From assembly GCA_000004985.1 (NCBI GenBank), contig GG738869.1: a stretch of DNA of 64,000 nt; one strand, 5' to 3'. Shown here piece by piece: positions 45,237 through 56,783 of this stretch. Within the stretch, counting starts at the first letter, position 1; every line of letters begins with the position of its first letter. The notes under the pieces were generated by a model. It did no database searches. It had not been told where the DNA came from and saw only the letters and a program-made list of their open reading frames with translations. The stretch is from Naegleria gruberi. Its lineage: Eukaryota. A program made the position numbers and the translations under genes.

Positions 45237-46739
45237 TTATAATACAATTTGTACAAATTCATTGATCAAGTGACTGTCATGCATTTTGTATCTTGTCATG
45301 GTATCATTTCCAATTCTTTCCAATTCAACTAAGCAATCATCTAAATCCTTCTTTGTGTGAGCACTAGAAATGCAGAATCTTACTCTGGCCAAAGCAGTTG
45401 GACAAGCAGGAGCACCAACAATAACAATGGCAATTCCTCTCTCGAGGCAAATTCTAGAAAATGCAATCAATTTTGTCAAGTGATAAATCATCATGACGAT
45501 AACAGGTGAATCTCTATCTGAAATAATTTCAAATCCAAGTTTTTTCAAAGAATCCCCAAAGTAATTGGTATTGAAACTCAATTGGTCTAATTTTTCCTTT
45601 CCAATACTTGTGTTATCTTCACCCATAATGCAAGTGAGAGCTGACAATGCCTGTTGGGCACAAGGAATTGATATTGAAGTACCATAAATCAATCCAAAGC
45701 AAGATTTTTTCAAATAATCAATGACCTCAGCATCTCCAGAAATGTATCCTCCCACAGAATTAAAACTCTTTGTAAAGGTTCCCATCAAGATGTCAATATC
45801 CTTTGGGTCAACATTTTGCTGTTCACAAACACCTCTTCCAGTTTTACCCAAAGCTCCACACGAATGAGCCTCATCCACATAGAGATGGAACTTGTATTGC
45901 TTCTTCAATTCAACTACTCTTTTCAAATTGACAATTTCACCTTCCATACTGTAAATTCCCTCAACAATGACAATAATCTTCTTCCATGGTTTTCTATTTC
46001 CTGGTCCTGGTTGACCATCAATAATGTTCTTTCTCAATAATTTCTCCAAATGATCCATATCATTGTGTCTGAAACGAAGAACTGTTGGAGTACCTTCTGA
46101 AGCTCTAGTTCCATTCACAATACTTGAATGGTTCAAAGAATCGGACAAGATGAGACAATCTCTAGTTGGAGCCAATAATGGAATAACTGTAGAATTGGTT
46201 GCAAATCCCATGGACACAACCATTGCACTTTCCTTTCCAATAAATCTAGCAACTCTCTTTTCCAATTCTCTATGAATTGGAGTATAACCATATTCAGAAT
46301 ATGCAGAACCAGAAGCAACACCATATTTATCAAAACTCTCCAAAACCTGATCAACTACATGTGAAGGACTTTCAGAAAATCCTAGATAATTATAACTAGC
46401 CATATTTAAACAACTTTTCAATTTACCATTCGTGTCAATATTTGCAACTCTTTCAGTGTTTGGATTTCTCATCATGACTTGAATATGTGAAGATGGTCTG
46501 CTTGCAATCGGTCTGTGGAAACAATCAGAACATTTCCCATAGATTCTTCTCACAAAGAAATCATCATCTACGAGGGGTTTCTTACTAGCTTCATCAGGAA
46601 ACCTTTCATAATTTGTTTTATCGATCGGACCAATGAAGAGAATATGAAACAAATCGCTGATCTTTCCCAATATAAATACAATTAGTAGATTTGTATGGGT
46701 TAGAAATAAAGTCAACGGGGAAGGATCACAATGCGTCAT
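45237..46739 (-). CDS. Serine palmitoyltransferase, LCB2-type subunit (class-II aminotransferase)
   Basis: It has the LCB2 hallmark FFVRRIYGKCSDCFHRPI, the PLP lysine region GTFTKSFNSVGGY and AOS-family similarity throughout. The ATG at 46739 was verified. Directly upstream (sense) is TTACTAACAG, a branch-site plus AG, so an extra 5' exon is possible. Confidence 0.8.
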   Translation of the reverse strand: MTHCDPSPLTLFLTHTNLLIVFILGKISDLFHILFIGPIDKTNYERFPDEASKKPLVDDDFFVRRIYGKCSDCFHRPIASRPSSHIQVMMRNPNTERVANIDTNGKLKSCLNMASYNYLGFSESPSHVVDQVLESFDKYGVASGSAYSEYGYTPIHRELEKRVARFIGKESAMVVSMGFATNSTVIPLLAPTRDCLILSDSLNHSSIVNGTRASEGTPTVLRFRHNDMDHLEKLLRKNIIDGQPGPGNRKPWKKIIVIVEGIYSMEGEIVNLKRVVELKKQYKFHLYVDEAHSCGALGKTGRGVCEQQNVDPKDIDILMGTFTKSFNSVGGYISGDAEVIDYLKKSCFGLIYGTSISIPCAQQALSALTCIMGEDNTSIGKEKLDQLSFNTNYFGDSLKKLGFEIISDRDSPVIVMMIYHLTKLIAFSRICLERGIAIVIVGAPACPTALARVRFCISSAHTKKDLDDCLVELERIGNDTMTRYKMHDSHLINEFVQIVL

Positions 46740-47170
46740 TGAAAAACTGTACTGTTAGTAATATATATTTGTTATTATTGTTAAAAACTGTTGAAGAATA
46801 TTTTGAGTGGTTGTTTTTGTGGCTGTTTTGTGTGTGGCTATGAGGAAATGCACGGTGAGTGTGTTGACCTTTTTTTTGAGTAATACTTGAATAAGATTCG
46901 ATGAGCGAATTGAAATATTTTTGAGAATCGAATCTTTCTCATTATCCTTCAAGAAGAAGAGGAGTTGCTGCTTGTCGCCGTTTGTTCGTTTATTGCTGTT
47001 GGTGTTTGGGCAATTGGAAGATAGAACGAACTTCGGGTGTACACCATGTCGTTGAATGGTTGTGTTTTCCTTTTAGATGGAATTTGATCATGCAATTTCC
47101 TGAACACTCCCTGACCAAAGGTAAGTTTTAGAAGAGTTGTTACGTTTGATTTTTTTGAAATGGATGTGAA

Positions 47171-47251
47171 GCAGGGGTTCCCGAGTGGTCAAAGGGGGTA
47201 GACTCAAGTTCTACTGCGCAAGCTTCGTGGGTTCAAATCCCACCTTCTGCA
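47171..47251 (+). tRNA. tRNA-Leu (anticodon CAA), intronless, with a long variable arm
   Basis: GCAGGGGTTCCCGAGTGGTCAAAGGGGGTAGACTCAAGTTCTACTGCGCAAGCTTCGTGGGTTCAAATCCCACCTTCTGCA folds as a cloverleaf: a 7-bp acceptor stem with 2 GU pairs, anticodon stem GTAGA/TCTAC with loop CTCAAGT, a long variable arm, and T-arm GTGGG-TTCAAAT-CCCAC. Immediately followed by GCTTTTTT. Confidence 0.8.
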
Positions 47252-47253
47252 GC

Positions 47254-47259
47254 TTTTTT
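47254..47259 (+). terminator. Pol III oligo-T terminator downstream of tRNA-Leu
   Basis: A T6 run starts 3 nt after the tRNA 3' end. Confidence 0.5.
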
Positions 47260-47438
47260 ACAAAATCAACTTATAAGATGTATAAACTTTTTTTATATCT
47301 GCATGTTGTATTTGATGTCTACCATCATATCTGAAAGAATCTATTTTTTATTTACTATTTTAGTTCGAAGAATAGCCTCAGATCAAAAACGTTGATATTT
47401 CACTTGAAAAAATCTCATCACTTTACAATTTTAAAAAA

Positions 47439-49445
47439 ATGTCTCAACAACCTTCAAGCTGCCTTTTATTGTCTCTACCCGACGAATGTCTATCACTGGT
47501 TTTTTCCAACCTCTCCATACAAGAACTATTCTTCCGAGCCAGATCTACCTGTAGAAATTTTCATGAAATTATTGTGGGTATCGCTTCACCATTTCAACAA
47601 AAGGAAAACAAGAATTGCTTGATAAGAAATCAAAAGTTGAAAATTTTGTGTTTAAATAATAATCCAATCAGATTAAAATCACTGTGGGAGTGTATTAGAA
47701 AGGGTTATTTTGAAGAATCAGTAACTAAATTCAGTATTACTGCTAGAAGAACTGAATTGTTGGAAACTTTGCTTGACAAGAATGATTTCTTTGTAAAATA
47801 CTTTTCAAATTTGGAATGTTTAAAATTTGGATCAAAGAATTTGTGCAGTGAACATATTTCTGAATTGTTTAATCCTGATAATTCCAAACATTTAAGAAAG
47901 TTAACAATATTGAAGTTGGCAAATAATAATTTGGATATCAAAACAGCAAGGAGCATAGCCAAGTGTGAAAACTTAACTAATTTGACATCACTAGATTTGA
48001 GCACTAATGTTATGGAAGGTGACTGTATAGAATTACTAACGAGTCCATATTTAGAAAAGTTAACAAATCTCAATTTGAGTGGTAATTATATTACAACAAT
48101 ATTATGGAAAGAAAAATTCAAATTCAAAAACTTGGAAAAGATATCAATTGAAAATCCATTTGAGTTCGTTTTCAATAATCAATCTGAAACATATTTATTT
48201 AGCAAGCTCACATATCTAGATGCTTCTGACTCAATTGAGGAGGAAAAAAGATTCTCTGCTATGAAAAAGTTTGATTCCATACCAACAATCACATATTTGA
48301 ATTTAAATTATGTAGAATTAACACAAGAATCCATACTATCCCTTATTGCAGATAGTAGATGCCTTTCCAAGTTGGAAAATTTAGAATTAATCGGTTGCTC
48401 ACTTACTGGAACTGGATTTGCAATCTTGACTAGAAGCAGATATTTATCAAATTTGAAAAATCTGGTTGCTGAAAGTAATGACATTGATTTTGAAGGTTTT
48501 GTACACTTTGGAACAGATTCGTTTACTTTGAAGAATCTAATTACTCTAGATTTAATTTCAAATGACTTTAGCGTGAAATCTTATGAATATTTATTAAGAG
48601 AACCCTCTTTAACAAAATTGGAGAAACTTTATTGTGATAATGTTGATGAGGTTGAGGCAAAATACATTGCAGAACACCAAGAAAATATTACAGGAATAAC
48701 TGATTTGGTATTTACTGGCTATTCTGAAATGGAAGATGACAGTATGAAATATTTGGCCATGTTAAAATTACTCAAACTCAAGAAATTGAAATGCACTGGC
48801 ACAGGAGGCACCTTTTCAGGATTGATTTACTTTTTAGAAAATTGCACTTGTGAAAATTTGGAAACATTAGAATTTGGTAGGGTAAAATTTACAAATATTG
48901 ACGAGCAAATGAAGGCCATCTCATCACTACTCTCCAATAAGCACTTCTCCAAGTTGGAAACCCTAACTTTGGATGGACTTGCTGATGAACCTTTGAGAAT
49001 GTTATTGGATAATATGGACGACGATAAGTTATTGAGCAAACTTTCAACTTTATCAATTTCAGAAATTAATGACGATGCATTCAGAGTTCTAACAAGTCAT
49101 CCAAATAGTTCCAAATTGAAAATGCTTGCTCTTATGGAAGGAGAGCTTTCAGATGAGTCAATTGAACATTTTGTTAATAGTCCACACTTTCATGAGCTTA
49201 ATTATTTGGATTTGATTGGAACTGAAATATCACGTGAATCGAGTAAGCGTATTGCTCACAGTACCAACATTCCAAATCTCGAATATTTATTTGGTTCTTT
49301 TATTTTGGCTGATTTCGAACAGGAAACTAATTTACCGAAACTTTCTCATCTCTATTTAACAGAAAATGGTTTGGAAACCCCAAAAGATGATGATGATGAT
49401 GGATTGTATGAAGCAACAGAAGTGGAAGATCAACTTTCAAATTAA
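47439..49445 (+). CDS. F-box / leucine-rich-repeat (RNI-like) protein
   Basis: 668-aa ORF with a verified ATG after an A-run. The N-terminal F-box is LSLPDECLSLVFSNLSIQELFFRARSTCRNF, followed by many L.L..N.I-type LRRs. Confidence 0.6.
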   Translation: MSQQPSSCLLLSLPDECLSLVFSNLSIQELFFRARSTCRNFHEIIVGIASPFQQKENKNCLIRNQKLKILCLNNNPIRLKSLWECIRKGYFEESVTKFSITARRTELLETLLDKNDFFVKYFSNLECLKFGSKNLCSEHISELFNPDNSKHLRKLTILKLANNNLDIKTARSIAKCENLTNLTSLDLSTNVMEGDCIELLTSPYLEKLTNLNLSGNYITTILWKEKFKFKNLEKISIENPFEFVFNNQSETYLFSKLTYLDASDSIEEEKRFSAMKKFDSIPTITYLNLNYVELTQESILSLIADSRCLSKLENLELIGCSLTGTGFAILTRSRYLSNLKNLVAESNDIDFEGFVHFGTDSFTLKNLITLDLISNDFSVKSYEYLLREPSLTKLEKLYCDNVDEVEAKYIAEHQENITGITDLVFTGYSEMEDDSMKYLAMLKLLKLKKLKCTGTGGTFSGLIYFLENCTCENLETLEFGRVKFTNIDEQMKAISSLLSNKHFSKLETLTLDGLADEPLRMLLDNMDDDKLLSKLSTLSISEINDDAFRVLTSHPNSSKLKMLALMEGELSDESIEHFVNSPHFHELNYLDLIGTEISRESSKRIAHSTNIPNLEYLFGSFILADFEQETNLPKLSHLYLTENGLETPKDDDDDGLYEATEVEDQLSN

Positions 49446-49516
49446 ATAAATTTCTGTTCGAATCAAAACTAATTCTAATTTGGTAATTCTCATAGTTTTA
49501 CAAAGTCGAAAAAAAA

Positions 49517-52035
49517 ATGTCCTACTTACTATCAGTGCTTCTGCCAGATGTCATCCTTTCAATCGTGCTCATTCTTTTCTTTATTGTCGTTTCTAGACAA
49601 TTGACACTCTTTAATAATTACAAACAAAGAATATTGAGAGAGAAGGTTAAAACTTCAAGAGAATACAATCGGAAGAAAATTATGGCAGATACAGAAGAGG
49701 GAAATGGTCAGGAGGAACGTAATTCGAATACAGACGAAACTCAGACAAATCAAGAAGAAGTCGGGACGAATTGCTTGTGGATCCACAAATTGTTTCTACC
49801 ATGTCTTATTGGGAGAAATCAATGAGAGAGGGTGTTGCGTCATCATTTGTGTTTTTCATGGAATTAATTAGAAATTTATATGTTTCAATAATTAGTTTAG
49901 TTTCGTATGGATATAGAAGAAGGAATTTATACAAAATTTATAGAAAGTTCGGAAGAGAAAAGGCTATTTACTTGAGTTTCCAGCTTCATTTATTGTGGAT
50001 TAGTCTATTATGCTCAATTATTGTCTGTGCTGTCTTGTTACCTTTACATTTGACAGGTAGAGAAATTGACAACTCGGAATATGCATATAATATCGTTGCT
50101 CTTACCTCTGCTCTCAGAGCAGCAACTTCACCAGTCAAGATGTTTGCTCACGTAGCCATTCTAATTGTGTTTATAATTATTACATTAGTTTTCATGGTTT
50201 CTTTCAATAGAAATAGGTTTAGTTCTTCACTTCTTTTGGTAGGTGAAGATTCTAATAGCACAGAACAGGATTCTACCCTTTCCAATGACGAAACTGTTAT
50301 CATTTCTCCATTTACAATAGTTTTAGATGGAATTCCAAAAGAATCATCTCAGAAAAGTGTCGAACAATTCATTGAAGAAAATTTTAATGGTGGATTGAGT
50401 GCGAATGATGAAAATAGTAAGATTGTAAAGATATTTCATGTGCCAAATCTTGTGGATCGGTTAAATCTCAAAGAATTGGAAGAACATTTGGAAAGAGAAT
50501 TGGAACATTTCATGCATTTAAAAGGAAAATCAAATTATGATGTTGCCAAACGTCACATAGTTCATGAAATGAGACCATTGTACTCGGATGATTTGAGATT
50601 CAAATTGTGTGGATGTACTACATATAGTACCAATTTGAAAACTATGACTACTGATGAGGCAGTAGAATATTTAAGATTGGAATATTCAGATTGTAAAAGA
50701 ATGGTGGAACAATGGGATGGAGAATATACTTCAATGTTTCTTACAGATGAAAGACAATCACAAGATGAGGAATATTTATCTCAAATCAAACAAGTGAAAT
50801 CATCTGGAAAGTGCTTTATAGTTTTTAAAAAGGTTGAACATGTTGATGAAGCAATTGAAAAGAATCGAATAATGTTCAATGATTCTTCAGTTTCCTTGAT
50901 GAAACTATTAATTGAACCGCAAGATATCAATTGGCACTTTATTGGCGGTACCTCCAAATACTTTTCCTTGAGAAACTTTTGCATGATTAGTTTAATATTC
51001 TTTGTATTGTTGGTATTTTCTGGACCACCATCCATTTTACAATCACTTCAAGCATTGGGATCTCCTATTCTTAAAGCTGTCAAACTTGGTGACTTGTCTG
51101 ATTTACTATTTCACTACTGTCCTTCTCTGTTGATTTTCATTTTCAGCAAATTGTTTCCAATATTTTTCAAAAAGATTACTCAAACAGAGAAGCACCTTTC
51201 CAAATCATTTTACAGTAGGATATTATTAGTGAGATTGTTTACATTTTCCATTTTGAATATTCTCATTTTACCAGGATTGTGGATTATCTCAGCTTTCCTC
51301 TTTTTAGTTTTCGCAAATGATGGCAAACATTTGGATATCATGTTCTTGCCAAAAACAATTGAAACAATGATTTCTACATTGCTACAATTCATGGTTATGG
51401 AGAATGTTTACGAATTGGTCAGATTTGGCAAAACACTTTATTATATTTGGAAGACAACATTTAATTGTTACAGAAAAGCAAGAACTCCCACTCAAATTTT
51501 AAAACTAATTAAGGAAACTAAGGAATTCGATATGGAAGAGAATGTTTCAAACATGTTGGGTATATTATGTATGTCGATGGTCTATTCATTCTGTTGTCCA
51601 CTTGTAATGCCATTGGCATTCCTTTGCATCTTTATCAAGCACTGGTTTGATAGATGTGTTATTGAAGAGGAATTCACTCATCACTCCAATATCAATGAGA
51701 AGGATGACAAACTCGATTTTACCAGTAGTTTGAGATTATCCAAGCTATTGATCGTTCTTGTTCTTACAACATTGAGCATTGTTGGAATGATTGTAATTTT
51801 AGGATTTTCTTACTTGTTTTTTACTAGTCTAATGTATATTATACATTTGGGAGTTTGTGGAGCTTGCTTAGCTATTCTTCTATTAATTACCTTGGCGTTG
51901 ATTTTCAAACAAAACTCAAGTGTCAGATCAAATAAGAAAGATATTGCAGAACAGCAAGAACGAATGCTTGATCCAAATTCATTCTCACAACAAGTTCAAG
52001 ATATTCTCAATGTGGAAAATATTCTCAAGTTTTGA
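49517..52035 (+). CDS. OSCA/TMEM63/CSC1-family mechanosensitive cation channel (RSN1_7TM); the 5' exon structure is unresolved
   Basis: The main ORF 49771..52035 has the OSCA-type TM core (GREKAIYLSFQLHLLWISLL...PLHLTG, LVRLFTFSILNILILPGLWI). The upstream ORF 49517..49825 (verified ATG, TM0 helix LSVLLPDVILSIVLILFFIVV) is in another frame. The junction needs either a 26-nt GTAATT...TCAG intron (49719..49744) or a frameshift. Confidence 0.6.
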
Positions 52036-52082
52036 TTTTTGTTTGACAATCAACACTCAATTCTGTAACTCTTAAGGCAATC

Positions 52083-53189
52083 TCAATAAAAAATGGAAAT
52101 ATCAGAAAATGTTAAATTATTCAATTGACCTTTCAGATGTGTAAAGAATATTATTTCTTCTGAAGATTTAGTTTCAAAAAATGTTCTTTGATAAATAAAT
52201 CCATGAAAACGTCCAAAAACAATTGTTTCCTTTTCATTCTCAATTGCTATTTGAAGGGGTTCCTCTTTAAGCAGATGAAAATGTGTGGCAGATCTTACGG
52301 CAGTTGACATACTGGAGCAGCAGACATCACTGAATGATCCCTCAATTTTAATAGGTTGAAATTCTTTGACTATTCTTGGCGAAACTAATCCAGTACATTG
52401 CTTTGAATTGTTTAGTCCTGCACAATAAATTTTACCATCCTCTAATAGTAAAGCTAGATGAGAAAATCCACCAACCATCTTTTTAATTCCACAATTGATT
52501 GATAATTTCAATTCATTCAACTCTCCACTAACATTGCCAAATCCAATTCCATTCTTTCTAATAAATAGACGATTGTTTTCCAATAAGATGAATTGTGCAT
52601 TATTGGTGGAACAACATGCAAATTGTTTCACTCTATATTCCGGAAATGGAAAATGAATATTTTCAACCATTTCCTCTTTTTCATAAATAGTTCCATCAAT
52701 TGTCTGAACTAACCAACAAGTTGACATGATTCCACTTCCAACACAATTAAGTAATGAAGTGTGTGAGATGAAGAATTTGTGCATTTTCAATGTTTGAGTA
52801 TCAAATTCAAACAAAGATCCATCCATCATTTCGAATAAAATAAATCTTGAATTATTCGAAACAACTCTCTTCATAGATTGCCCTCTTTTTGAATTGCTCA
52901 ACTCAGACAGCAATGAACTAAACTTTTTTTTCTCTCCTTGAAATACGAAATATTCACTCTCACTCCCTTCGAACAGAAACATTGAATAGGAACCATCACT
53001 ATTCCCACCACAACAAATATACGAAACATGTATTGTTGCATTTTCTTGAATCTCGGAGGGTGAAAAATTATTTTCTTCAGCTTTAGGAAAATTTGAAGGT
53101 TTAATTTCCATCTTGTGCCAACGAGCAGGAAAATCCAAACCTAAATTCTTAAATTTGGTGTGAAAGATTTCACCATAAACTTTGAGCAT
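52083..53189 (-). CDS. RCC1-like repeat (beta-propeller) protein
   Basis: The ORF-track start at 53252 is GTG five codons after a TAG; the first ATG, after an A-run, is at 53189. The protein has RCC1-type repeat signatures (DGKIYCAGLNNSKQCTG, NRLFIRKNGIGFGN). Confidence 0.45.
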   Translation of the reverse strand: MLKVYGEIFHTKFKNLGLDFPARWHKMEIKPSNFPKAEENNFSPSEIQENATIHVSYICCGGNSDGSYSMFLFEGSESEYFVFQGEKKKFSSLLSELSNSKRGQSMKRVVSNNSRFILFEMMDGSLFEFDTQTLKMHKFFISHTSLLNCVGSGIMSTCWLVQTIDGTIYEKEEMVENIHFPFPEYRVKQFACCSTNNAQFILLENNRLFIRKNGIGFGNVSGELNELKLSINCGIKKMVGGFSHLALLLEDGKIYCAGLNNSKQCTGLVSPRIVKEFQPIKIEGSFSDVCCSSMSTAVRSATHFHLLKEEPLQIAIENEKETIVFGRFHGFIYQRTFFETKSSEEIIFFTHLKGQLNNLTFSDISIFY

Positions 53190-53495
53190 TTTTTTTGTAA
53201 ACTTTTTCTGAGAGAAACGATAGACTTTGAGAATGTGGAAAATTTTCTCCACTTTTATTGGATACTATTGCAAACTCTCAAATTACAGTAACTCCTCCAA
53301 ATGAATAATTTACTTTCCAATAATTATAGATTATTAGAATTGATAACAAGATGGAATTATAGAACTATAGCAGGTGAAACAAATTTCAAATCAACACATC
53401 CTTTGCCTCCCAACTACTGATTTTCAATATTGTAAATAAACTTTTAGAAACTTTTCTCAAATTAAATAATTTTAGTTTTTAGTAAACAAAAAAAA

Positions 53496-54431
53496 ATGTC
53501 TCGAGTTGTTGTGGAACTTGTTGATTTAAATGTCGTTGAAAATTCATCATCAGATCATATTATTTATTTAATTAATTTATTGAAGAGATCATTTACAAAA
53601 AAACAACATCAATTTTCGTTGAATTTTAACATGATTGGTCAATTTGATCAACTTTCTCCACAAGATCCTGTCTTTGATATTGCCATTTCCAAAAAGTATG
53701 ACACTATACTCATTCCACAGAAGGTTGGTATATCAATTTATAATAGACCAAGTAGTAGGGAAACTTTCCATCTCGAGCAATTATTCAAAGTAGAGAAACC
53801 CAATACTGAGCTTCGTTGTATGAAATTGGTTGATGAGCAAGGAGAGGAATTTATCTATGCAACAGATTACTCAAACGCTGTTGTTAAATTTAGTGTTTCG
53901 GATATTATGATACGAAAAGTTTTTTCAATTATTTGGCAATCTGAACCATTTTCTAATTTGTGGGGATTGGATGTTTTGAATGGAAAAGTTTATGCAGTTG
54001 ACAATATGACATCAGTTAAAATTTTGGATTGCAAAAGTGGTGCAACTATTTCAGAAAATGCTCCAAACGTAGCAGAAGGATACGGTATTCATTTCTTGTC
54101 AGAGAAACAAGCAGTTATAAGCAACTCAAAGAAAGTGGAAATATTCGAAAGGGACAAATTTGGTAATTGGAATTCCATCAAACAAACTCAATTTCCAATG
54201 GAAGCTGCCTATGCAATTTTCTGTGAAGAATCATCCGGATTAATCTATGTTTGTGAGGATTCTCAATTACATGGATTGAATATTCATGTGGTAAGACAGA
54301 ATGATTTGACATTGGTGAAATCATTTCCAATTCCTTCCTTGCATTTTGGTGTTATGGTGGACGATAAAAGTGGATTGCTATATGTGTGCCATTATGAAAG
54401 TTCGAAAATGAAGGTTAATGTTTATGAATAA
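53496..54431 (+). CDS. Hypothetical beta-propeller-like protein (311 aa)
   Basis: Verified ATG after an A-run. The protein shows repetitive beta-strand periodicity (KVYAVDN..., LIYVCED..., LLYVCHYE), similar in style to the gene at 61038. Confidence 0.4.
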   Translation: MSRVVVELVDLNVVENSSSDHIIYLINLLKRSFTKKQHQFSLNFNMIGQFDQLSPQDPVFDIAISKKYDTILIPQKVGISIYNRPSSRETFHLEQLFKVEKPNTELRCMKLVDEQGEEFIYATDYSNAVVKFSVSDIMIRKVFSIIWQSEPFSNLWGLDVLNGKVYAVDNMTSVKILDCKSGATISENAPNVAEGYGIHFLSEKQAVISNSKKVEIFERDKFGNWNSIKQTQFPMEAAYAIFCEESSGLIYVCEDSQLHGLNIHVVRQNDLTLVKSFPIPSLHFGVMVDDKSGLLYVCHYESSKMKVNVYE

Positions 54432-55046
54432 TTATTGAAATAAGTGGATTTTAATTGACATTCAAATATTTGAAATATGAATAATCACGTTTTAGATAAA
54501 AAAACAGTCAAGAGCTAGTTCTTCACTTTCTGATAAGCAAAAATCGTGACTAGTTACATTTCCGTAATGGTAGGTCCATATTTCACTGGAATACTTGTGA
54601 ATTTTATTCTTAACTTTACGAATACCGGTCAAATTGCTGAGTGGAACAGAAAATCCTTGATTGGTCTTAATGATCTAAGGAATAACGCATTGTCCAACTT
54701 TGCACTTCCTTTATCCCTCACCAGTTGAGACTCTGTATGCATTTGATATATCTAAATTCAATCATGAATGAAGAGAGGAAGAAATATCAATGATGGTTAA
54801 ATCAAGGTTGCCATCAGCACTAGGAAATTTACCAACTTGTGAAATTTCACATTTCTCTTAATGTAGGGATCTCGGCACTCCTCTAACTTTGCGCTTTTTT
54901 AAATTGTTGTCGCGATATTTCCATATAAGAAAAGAATGATAATTTCAGCCTTATTACAATTTGAATCTAGTACACGTTGCAGTACAACACTTCATTAAAT
55001 TAGAATCAATACCATTCACATTTAATTTAATAATTAAAATAAATAA

Positions 55047-56533
55047 TTATTGAGATTGTTTTACAGCTCTTACAGTTTGAGCTAATCTTTTCATCTCACT
55101 TAATTGATTAGAACATGATTTGATAATACTATTCTGTCTATCAAAAATTCCTCTCAAAGTCATATCACGAGCTGGTGGCAATGGTTGTGAATATTCGGTA
55201 ACAATTGTTGGTTGAGGCTCAAATGTATTGAAATGTTGAGAAAAGTAGGATGGTTCAGTGGTGATGGTTGGTTTATCATCCAATTCAATATCATTTGATT
55301 GTGGAATTGATTGTGACTCAAATGAAATTAAATCAACATTTGATTGGGCTTCACTTGGAGCTTGTGAAATGGCATCATCATTATCAATGACATCAAATTC
55401 TTCATCTTCAAAATTTACATCACCTTCCAATTTTCTCTTACTCAACATTAATTCATATTCACCCAAAAGTTTACTGTAAATTCCACCAATAACCATGGAA
55501 GGCAAAGCAACAATCACAATACCAGACAAGATGGTCATGATAGCAATAATTCTTCCCAAAACTAAGAGTTTGGTTCTTAATAAATGTTAAATTAATGAAT
55601 TAACATACCTGTAACTGGAGCCATGTCACCATAACCAACTGTAGCAATGGTAACAACGCTGTACCACATACAAATTAAAATATTTGAAAATGGTGAAGGT
55701 GTACCATCTGGTCTTAACCATTGTCCAGATTTGAGATCATATTTTCCACGTTCAGCATAATAAACAAGAGTACTACAAATAAGAGCACCCATAAATATTA
55801 AAACAGAGATTGATAAGAGCATATCCATAGATCTTCTCAATGAAACAATAAGCAATTGAAATTTAGCAGAATATCTTGTCAATTTGATAAGTTTTAAAAG
55901 TTTTAAAACTCTGAAAATTGTCAAAACTTGAAGATTGACATTTAACCAAGTACTGGCATCTGCCATATAAATTATTAAATCAAAGTAAAATGGAACGAAA
56001 CTAGCAATATCAATTAAATTGGCAGGAGCTTTAACAAAATGTCTAAAATCACCCCAAGTATTTACATAAGCAGCCATTCTTGCAAAATATTCAAGCATGA
56101 AACAAACTGATAAAAATCCAGTAATAAGCAGCCACATGATTTCGAATGGGAAAAAGAATGGAAAAGATCTCAAAATTAAACATAGGGTTTGAATAACAGT
56201 CATGAGTGACGTTATCACTGTAATGATCATGGCTACATATGATGATCTAGGATGTTCCAATAATAAATATAATTTTTGTTTCCATGTTCTTTCCTTATTA
56301 CTTTGTGGAATACTCTTGATAATATTAATAGTTCTTCTACTTCGGAATAGTCTTGAATTTTCAATTACTTCCAATGTTTTCTTTTTTTCCTTTTCCTCTA
56401 ACTTGAGTTTTGCTTTGATTTCTTTTAAAGTGGTTGGTGGTTGTTGTTCGATAGCTTCCTTTTCATGCTGTGATGATGAGGAAGGCGATGCGGGTGTTGC
56501 TGTTGTTGTAGGTGTTGGCGTTGTTGTACTCAT
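55047..56533 (-). CDS. Voltage-gated K+ channel (Kv/Shaker-like 6TM), 2 exons: 55609..56533 and 55047..55561
   Basis: It has the selectivity filter TVGYGD and an S4 helix with basic residues at every third position (FRVLKLLKLIKLTRYSAKF). A 47-nt GTATGT...TCTTAG intron (55562..55608) lies directly after the pore, phase 1, restoring GDMAPVTG|V|LGRIIAIMTILSGIVIVALP (S6). The ATG at 56533 was verified. Confidence 0.75.
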
Positions 56534-56783
56534 TTTTTTAATATTTTAATCATTTGTAAAAATTATTAGATAATAAATATTAATTTGTTTTCATAAACAT
56601 TTCTGTTACTGCTTCCAAATCGAGATTATCCATGGAAATAGATGGAAGAAAGTCTTTGAGTGACCAATTCTTGCAGATCCAATAAACATGTCCTTCTTCA
56701 AACGATGGTGAAATCTTTAGGTTAAAAAAGATGACAATAATTTATGAATTAATTTTTTTTTATATTTTAAAAAGGAGAATAGC

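Noticed and set aside
46755-46952. 65-aa ORF upstream of the serine palmitoyltransferase gene as its extra N-terminal exon
   Set aside because: Its frame ends in the TAA that lies inside a TACTAAC-like element. The translation shows no similarity to LCB2 N-termini. I only note that a 5' exon may exist; this ORF is not credible as that exon.
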